This document shows positions 58,632 through 64,000 of a stretch of 64,000 bases of DNA, piece by piece. Within the stretch, counting starts at the first letter, position 1; every line of letters begins with the position of its first letter. The stretch spans positions 6,436 through 70,435 of the forward strand of contig CAYLWL010000003.1 in the NCBI GenBank assembly GCA_964387675.1, written 5' to 3'. The position numbers and the translations under genes are program-made. The DNA comes from an uncultured Candidatus Saccharibacteria bacterium (GTDB lineage: Bacteria; Patescibacteriota; Minisyncoccia; UBA6257; 2-01-FULL-56-20). The notes under the pieces are model-generated. The model saw only the letters and a program-made list of their open reading frames with translations. It was not told the origin of the DNA and searched no databases.

Positions 58632-60350
58632 ATGCTCGCCGAAGAAATAAAAAACTTTTTGCACGGAGACGTCGCGGCGGATGACGCAACGCTCTCGGAT
58701 TACAGCCACGACTATTCAATTTTTAGGGTTAAGCCGAGTGTCGTTGTCTTTCCAAAGGATACTGATGATATAAAAAACTTAGTCGCTTTTGTTGCTAAAA
58801 AAGCAACAAGCGGCGAGAAAATGTCGCTCACGGGGCGTTCGGCCGGAACCGACATGACTGGCGGGCCACTCACGGAGTCCATCGTTGTCTCATTCACGAA
58901 ATACTTTAATCATATTAAGGAGATTAAGGAGTTGCCCTTCGACGCGGTTCGACCCGGCTCACCACAAGCGACTCAAAGTGATGGCGGCTACGCCATCATC
59001 GAGCCGGGCGTTTACTTCCGCGATTTTGAAAAAGAACTTTCGAAGAGGGGGTTGCTGTATCCTCCGTATCCCGCATCAAAAGACATTTGCGCATTGGGCG
59101 GTATGGTTTCCAACAATTCGGGCGGAGAAAAGACGTTGGCTTACGGGAAAACAGAGGATTATGTTGAAGAACTGAAAATGGTCTTAAGCGACGGAGAAGA
59201 GTATATTCTCAAGCCACTCTCCAAGCCGGAACTTGAAGCGAAGATTCGCGAGCAAACCTTCGAGGGAGGGTTGTATCGCGATCTCTATACATTGATAACT
59301 GATCACTATGCCCTCATCATGTCCGCCAAGCCCGACGTTTCCAAAAACTCCGCCGGTTACGCCCTGTGGAACGTATGGGACGGAAAAACATTCGACATAA
59401 CGAAATTGATAGTCGGTTCGCAGGGAACACTGGGACTCGTGACGGAGGCAAAGATCCGGCTCGTCAAGCCAAAAAAGTATTCACGGATGGCCGTTGTATT
59501 TCTGAAGGACTTTGGGCCGCTCGCCGAACTGATCGCGGAGATTTTGCAGTTTAAGCCGGAAGGCCTTGAGTCCTACGACGACAAAACATTGAGCGTCGCT
59601 TTGAAGTTTTTGCCGGGGATCATCAGGTCCATGGGCGGAAACTTTTTCAAGCTCATGTGGCAGTTTTTGCCGGAGATACTCATGGTGTTAAGGGGCGGTT
59701 TTCCTAAAATGGTGATGCTCGTTGAACTCACTTCCGACGATGAAACGGAGGTCAAGAATCGCCTTGCGGCCCTAAGGATTGCGTTGGGGAAATATAGAGT
59801 GCGGGTGCGGATATTGAAAAACCAGGATGAATCGAAGAAGTACTGGACCATCCGCCGGCAGAGTTTCAAGTTACTCCACGATCATTCCACGGGGAAAGAT
59901 ACGGCGCCGTTCATAGACGACATCATCGTGAAACCGGAATATCTGCCGGAGTTTTTGCCGAAACTCAACGCGATTTTGGACAAATACAAAAATGATTTGG
60001 TCTACACGATCGCGGGGCATCCCGGCAACGGCAATTTCCACATTATTCCGCTGATGAATTTGAAGAAACCCAACACCCGTTCTCTTATTGCCGAACTTTC
60101 CGACGAGGTGTATCGGCTTGTTTTTGCGTATAAGGGTTCGATGACGGCGGAGCACAATGACGGATTGATCCGAAGCCCGTACCTGGAAAAGATGTACGGC
60201 AAGGACGTGGTCAAGCTTTTCGAAGAAGTAAAAAAGATTTTCGACCCCCTGAACATCTTCAATCCCGGAAAAAAAGTTGGCGGGAGCTTGGAGTACAGCT
60301 TAGACCATCTTGCCGCGGCACAAACGAAGCCGCACCATGCTATAAGCTAA
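58632..60350 (+). CDS. FAD-binding oxidoreductase (GlcD/D-lactate dehydrogenase-like)
   Basis: GGMVSNNSGG, GSQGTLG, GHPGNGNFH, AEHNDG, FDPLNIFNPGK. Confidence 0.92.
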   Translation: MLAEEIKNFLHGDVAADDATLSDYSHDYSIFRVKPSVVVFPKDTDDIKNLVAFVAKKATSGEKMSLTGRSAGTDMTGGPLTESIVVSFTKYFNHIKEIKELPFDAVRPGSPQATQSDGGYAIIEPGVYFRDFEKELSKRGLLYPPYPASKDICALGGMVSNNSGGEKTLAYGKTEDYVEELKMVLSDGEEYILKPLSKPELEAKIREQTFEGGLYRDLYTLITDHYALIMSAKPDVSKNSAGYALWNVWDGKTFDITKLIVGSQGTLGLVTEAKIRLVKPKKYSRMAVVFLKDFGPLAELIAEILQFKPEGLESYDDKTLSVALKFLPGIIRSMGGNFFKLMWQFLPEILMVLRGGFPKMVMLVELTSDDETEVKNRLAALRIALGKYRVRVRILKNQDESKKYWTIRRQSFKLLHDHSTGKDTAPFIDDIIVKPEYLPEFLPKLNAILDKYKNDLVYTIAGHPGNGNFHIIPLMNLKKPNTRSLIAELSDEVYRLVFAYKGSMTAEHNDGLIRSPYLEKMYGKDVVKLFEEVKKIFDPLNIFNPGKKVGGSLEYSLDHLAAAQTKPHHAIS

Positions 60351-60387
60351 AATTAAGAAGCGCGGTCCGAAGACCGCGCTGTGCGAG

Positions 60388-60657
60388 TTATCCGTAGATC
60401 AACTTGTAGGCCATGATCATGAGCCCAAGAAACAGAGTTATAGAATTGAAGCCAATGAGAACCCTATTTTTTATTCTCGCGCCGTACCACAGCCAGAGAA
60501 CTACGCCCACGCAAAAGATTGAAAACGTGGCAAGAGAGATGATTTCTGCCGGATTCGGACGGTTTTTCCAAACGGCTATCACTTGCGGAATAAAAGAGGT
60601 TGTCGTAAGAAGTCCGGCCAGAAGCCCGATGCGTTCGTCGCTTTTGTGATTGCTCAC
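60388..60657 (-). CDS. SemiSWEET family transporter
   Basis: IGLLAGLLTTTSFIPQV, LWLWYG; three TM helices; GAGGTG SD before GTG. Confidence 0.88.
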   Translation of the reverse strand: MSNHKSDERIGLLAGLLTTTSFIPQVIAVWKNRPNPAEIISLATFSIFCVGVVLWLWYGARIKNRVLIGFNSITLFLGLMIMAYKLIYG

Positions 60658-60738
60658 GCGGCACCTCGTTTTTGATCTTTGCAATGCTGGGTGCAACTTA
60701 CCATTTTTTATCTAAAAAGTCAATTTTTCGCACGCAAC

Positions 60739-60767
60739 TTGACCTCAATCTGAAAATGCACTAAGAT
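60739..60767 (+). promoter_or_regulatory. rpmF operon promoter
   Basis: TTGACC-17-TAAGAT. Confidence 0.65.
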
Positions 60768-60773
60768 AAAAAA

Positions 60774-60824
60774 TAGGATTTAGGATTTGTAACGCAGGAG
60801 TAATAATCCTAGATTCTAGATTCT
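60774..60824. repeat. AGGATTT/ATTCTAG heptamer hairpin in rpmF leader
   Basis: taggatttaggattt ... aatcctagattctagattct. Confidence 0.7.
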
Positions 60825-60830
60825 CGTCTC

Positions 60831-60983
60831 ATGGGCGGCGTACCGGTAAAACATCACTCAAAAGGAAAAGTAGGCCGGAGACGGTCTCATTTGGCGCTCA
60901 AAAAGCAGCGTCTTTTCGTTTGTGCAAACTGCGGCGGGCCAAAGGTGGCGCATCGGGTTTGCAGACAGTGCGGGAAGTCGTAG
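60831..60983 (+). CDS. rpmF: 50S ribosomal protein L32 (absent from ORF track)
   Basis: MGGVPVKHHSKGKVGRRRSHLAL...CANCG...HRVCRQCG. Confidence 0.93.
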   Translation: MGGVPVKHHSKGKVGRRRSHLALKKQRLFVCANCGGPKVAHRVCRQCGKS

Positions 60984-61392
60984 CAAAGAGCAAAGGGCCG
61001 AGGGCAAAGAGCATACAGCATGTTTAGATTTGAAAACTTAGAAATTTGGCGCTTGGGCGTTGATTATGGCAAAGATTGTTACAAAATTTCCTCATCTTTT
61101 CCCGGGCATGAAAGATTCGGGTTGGGTGACCAGCTTCGTCGAGCCGCTATCTCCATTTCCAACAATATCGCAGAAGGATCTGTTGGCTCCACGGCAAACT
61201 TTAAAAAATATCTCGTCACCGCATTGGGTTCAACTCTAGAAACTGTCAATATATTGAATTTTGCTTGCGAAGTTGGTTACATAACCGCCAATATTAAGGA
61301 AGAAATGTATGGTAGGGCAGAGTTGTTAATTAAGAAGTTAAGAGCGTTTTCTAAAGTTTTAAACCCTTAGCTCTTTGCTCTTCGCTCTTTGC
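60982..61392. mobile_element. Family F inverted-repeat cassette enclosing a four helix bundle gene (mobility inferred)
   Basis: Left arm agcaaagagcaaagggccgagggcaaagagc; right arm gctctttgctcttcgctctttgc. Confidence 0.6.
61020..61370 (+). CDS. Four helix bundle protein (23S rRNA IVP / Avd-like family)
   Basis: FRFENLEIW...FPGHERFGLGDQLRRAAISISNNIAEGS...ALGSTLE. Confidence 0.92.
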   Translation: MFRFENLEIWRLGVDYGKDCYKISSSFPGHERFGLGDQLRRAAISISNNIAEGSVGSTANFKKYLVTALGSTLETVNILNFACEVGYITANIKEEMYGRAELLIKKLRAFSKVLNP

Positions 61393-61400
61393 AAAATTTT

Positions 61401-61838
61401 ATGGCCACGCGGCATCTTATAAGAACAGTTATCCTCCAATCCCTCTATGAATGGGATTTTTACGCCCAAAAAAGAGATATTGTGGCGATTTTGGACAGAA
61501 ATCTTTCCGAATACGCCCCCGGGATCGACGAGCCGGAATTCGCCTGGAAGATTTTGAACGGCATCGCCGAGCGCATCAAGGACCTGGACAACGTCATCAC
61601 GAAAGCCGCTCCGGAGTGGCCGCTCGACAAAATCGCCGTTATCGACAGAAACATTTTGCGCATCGGCCTTTACGAACTTTTGTACGCCGATCCGAACGAA
61701 GTGCCTCCAAAAGTTGCCATCAACGAAGCGATAGAACTTGCCAAAAACTATGGCGGCCCGAACGCCGCGCGATTCATCAACGGAGTTTTGGGAACGATTT
61801 ATCGTGAACTCGAGGCAAGCAAAGGAATAACTAAGTGA
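61401..61838 (+). CDS. nusB: Transcription antitermination factor NusB
   Basis: [30 protein letters not shown]. Confidence 0.97.
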   Translation: MATRHLIRTVILQSLYEWDFYAQKRDIVAILDRNLSEYAPGIDEPEFAWKILNGIAERIKDLDNVITKAAPEWPLDKIAVIDRNILRIGLYELLYADPNEVPPKVAINEAIELAKNYGGPNAARFINGVLGTIYRELEASKGITK

Positions 61839-61902
61839 GATACCAATATACGAATTCATGCGAATGATACTAATCATACAAATTCGTATTATTTAGTATC
61901 AT
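61834..61902. repeat. Family A hairpin with shortened right arm
   Basis: gagataccaatatacgaattcatgcgaatgatactaat ... attcgtattatttagtatcat. Confidence 0.85.
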
Positions 61903-61914
61903 ATTCCTAATATC

Positions 61915-62604
61915 ATGCAACCAAAACCAGACAACCTTGAGGAAAAAGTCGGGGTAAAATTCAAGAATCCCGATTTGTTGATCGAGGCCCTCACGCACCG
62001 CTCGTATCTCAACGAATATCCGAAGTGGCGCCTGCCGCATAATGAACGCCTTGAGTATCTGGGCGACGCGGTTTTGGAACTCATGGTCACCGAAGAACTA
62101 TTCTCCCGATTCCCGAGTTATCCGGAGGGACAGCTTACCGTTTTGAGGGCGGCGCTCGTGAATTATCAAACGCTGTCTAAAATCGCCGAAGAAATAAAAC
62201 TGCAAAGTTTTATTTTGCTTTCGCGGGGAGAAAAGAAAGATATGGGCAAGGCGCGAGAGGTGATTCTCGCGAACGCGATGGAGGCGGTCATCGGGGCGAT
62301 GTATCTCGACCATGGTTTTGAGCCGACCAGGAAGTTCGTTAAAAAGTTCGTTATGGCGCGCCTCGACGAAATTATGAAGACCAAAAGCTATAAAGACGCG
62401 AAGAGCGAGCTTCAGGAGATAGTGCAGGAACGATTGAAAGTTACGCCGACGTATAAGGTCTTGGAAGAGTCCGGGCCGGCTCATAAGCGAGTTTTCAAAA
62501 TCGGGGTTTATTTCGGAGAAAAACTCATTGCTTCCGGCTCTGGCGCCTCAAAGCAAGACGGCGAGATCGAAGCGGCGAAGGAGGCAGTGAAGAGGTATAG
62601 ATAG
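61915..62604 (+). CDS. rnc: Ribonuclease III
   Basis: ALTHRS, NERLEYLGDAVL, C-terminal dsRBD. Confidence 0.97.
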   Translation: MQPKPDNLEEKVGVKFKNPDLLIEALTHRSYLNEYPKWRLPHNERLEYLGDAVLELMVTEELFSRFPSYPEGQLTVLRAALVNYQTLSKIAEEIKLQSFILLSRGEKKDMGKAREVILANAMEAVIGAMYLDHGFEPTRKFVKKFVMARLDEIMKTKSYKDAKSELQEIVQERLKVTPTYKVLEESGPAHKRVFKIGVYFGEKLIASGSGASKQDGEIEAAKEAVKRYR

Positions 62605-62608
62605 AGAG

Positions 62609-62652
62609 TAGAAATGAGATATGAGAAATGAGGGTTTTTGAATCCTTATCTC
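62609..62652. repeat. Family C element with truncated right arm
   Basis: tagaaatgagatatgagaaatgagg ... ccttatctc. Confidence 0.7.
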
Positions 62653-62691
62653 CGACTTTGACCACGACTGGTTTATGAGTATAATGTAGGT

Positions 62692-62880
62692 ATGCTCGCA
62701 AGTTCCAAGCAAAATTTAATAGTTCCGTTGTCTGTCACGTTACCCCAAATCGCGGACGCCTTGCGGAAACTCTCGAAAAGCGATCTCGAGACCCTTGAGG
62801 TTCTTCTTGACAAGCGCGCGATGTCCGCACTTCAAAAAAGCGTGCGGGAATCAAATCGTGGAAAGCGGAGAGAGTTATAG
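62692..62880 (+). CDS. Putative antitoxin
   Basis: 62 aa gene directly upstream of toxin; own promoter TTGACC-16-TATAAT. Confidence 0.65.
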   Translation: MLASSKQNLIVPLSVTLPQIADALRKLSKSDLETLEVLLDKRAMSALQKSVRESNRGKRREL

Positions 62881-62882
62881 CC

Positions 62883-63179
62883 ATGAAGCAATGGAGGGTT
62901 TTTATCACGCCCACAGCCGAAAAGTTGGCGAAAAATCTTGAACCTAAAGCGAAGCATTTCATTCTCAACGAATTCCCGGATATCGTAAGAAAAAATCCGT
63001 TGGCTGGCGATAAGCTCTCCGGGCCACTTTCGTGGCTACGGAGTTTTCATTTTTCAAGTGAGGGAAAACCTTATAGAATTGCATATAGTGTCAACCTAGA
63101 AGAATCAGAAATAGTCGTTCACTATATGGGGTATCGGGGAAAGTTTTATGAAAAACTACGGAGGCATTTTGGTCGCTAG
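62883..63179 (+). CDS. RelE/ParE-family toxin
   Basis: WRVFITPTA, NPLAGDKLSG, YRIAY, MGYRGKFY. Confidence 0.85.
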   Translation: MKQWRVFITPTAEKLAKNLEPKAKHFILNEFPDIVRKNPLAGDKLSGPLSWLRSFHFSSEGKPYRIAYSVNLEESEIVVHYMGYRGKFYEKLRRHFGR

Positions 63180-63270
63180 TAATTTTATGGGCGGCTCCGG
63201 CGCGTCAAAACAGGAAATGGAAATCGAAAATTACGAGTAATGGCTCATTATGCGAAGCGTCCCAAAAGGT

Positions 63271-63300
63271 TTAGAAATTAGATATTAGTAATTAGAAATT
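63271..63300. repeat. TTAGAAA heptamer array (single arm) before smc
   Basis: ttagaaattagatattagtaattagaaatt. Confidence 0.7.
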
Positions 63301-63309
63301 TCGCAAGAT

Positions 63310-64000
63310 ATGCCCCATCTTCTCAAGCGCCTCGAACTCAACGGATTCAAGTCCTTCGCCGGAAAGACCGTTTTGGAATTCCCGGCCGGGATCACGGCGA
63401 TCGTGGGGCCGAATGGCTCCGGCAAATCGAACGTGGTGGACGCCATCCGATGGCTTCTTGGAGAACGCGACACCAAAAATCTCCGCGGCGCGAAGGTGGA
63501 GGACTTGATTTTCGCGGGCACCATAAAGCGTCCGCGGATGGGACAAGCGCAGGCCAGTTTACATTTTGAAAATAAAAATAAGTTTTTCCCGGTTGATTTT
63601 GCGGAGGTTACGGTCTCAAGGCAGGTCTCCCGCGACGGCGCAAGCCAGTATTTTTTGAACAAATCGGAAATTTTACTCCGCGACCTCGTCGATTTTTTCG
63701 CCAAAGCCCGGCTCGGTTCAAGGGGGCTTATTATTATCGGTCAGGGGAACAGCGATGTTTTTATAGAGTCCTCGCCCCAAGAGCGGCGAGAGATGATGGA
63801 AGAGATTTTGGGTCTCCGCGAGTATCAAATCAAGCGGGCCGACGCGGAACGCCGGCTCAAAAACAGCGTCATCAACTTGGATAAAGTGAAAGCTCTTATC
63901 GAGGAAATCCTGCCGCACTTGCGATCACTGCGCCGCCAGACATCGCGTTGGGAAAAACGCGGGACGATGGAAGAAGAGTTGAGATCTTCGGAAAACGAGT
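63310..64000 (+). CDS. smc: Chromosome segregation protein SMC, 3' partial (absent from ORF track)
   Basis: LKRLELNGFKSFA, IVGPNGSGKSNVVDAIRW, LRG..VEDLIFAG, IIGQG. Confidence 0.95.
   Translation, partial: MPHLLKRLELNGFKSFAGKTVLEFPAGITAIVGPNGSGKSNVVDAIRWLLGERDTKNLRGAKVEDLIFAGTIKRPRMGQAQASLHFENKNKFFPVDFAEVTVSRQVSRDGASQYFLNKSEILLRDLVDFFAKARLGSRGLIIIGQGNSDVFIESSPQERREMMEEILGLREYQIKRADAERRLKNSVINLDKVKALIEEILPHLRSLRRQTSRWEKRGTMEEELRSSENE

Noticed and set aside
62609-63300. TA module as a fourth cargo inside repeat arms
   Set aside because: The arrays at 62609 and 63271 are in the same orientation, so they do not form an enclosing stem.

Overview
This is core chromosome of a Patescibacteria (CPR, probably Parcubacteria) bacterium using genetic code 11. 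The assignment is inferred from the missing rpmD between rpsE and rplO, few SD sites, and type IV pilin and tail-fibre-like surface genes. The window carries str, tuf-rpsJ and S10-spc ribosomal clusters, secY-adk-map, greA-lysS, recO, glyQS, murA, mreB, holB, frr, rseP, uvrC, rpmF-nusB-rnc, a RelE-type TA pair, the start of smc, and two tRNAs (Lys-CTT, Arg-TCG). The main unexplained signal is about 30 imperfect hairpins built from 7-9 nt tandem units, in at least 8 sequence families. They fill most gene junctions from stop codon to next start codon. In three cases the same arms enclose a cargo gene (two four-helix-bundle/23S-IVP-type genes, one GxxExxY nuclease-type gene). Single arms also occur in frame inside EF-G, UvrC (four times) and a pilin leader. 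A second, independent signal is a 130-190 nt branched element in five copies, with fixed linkers (GCTTGGT, CGCTGGA-like loop) and covarying stems. All calls were made by eye, without database searches.
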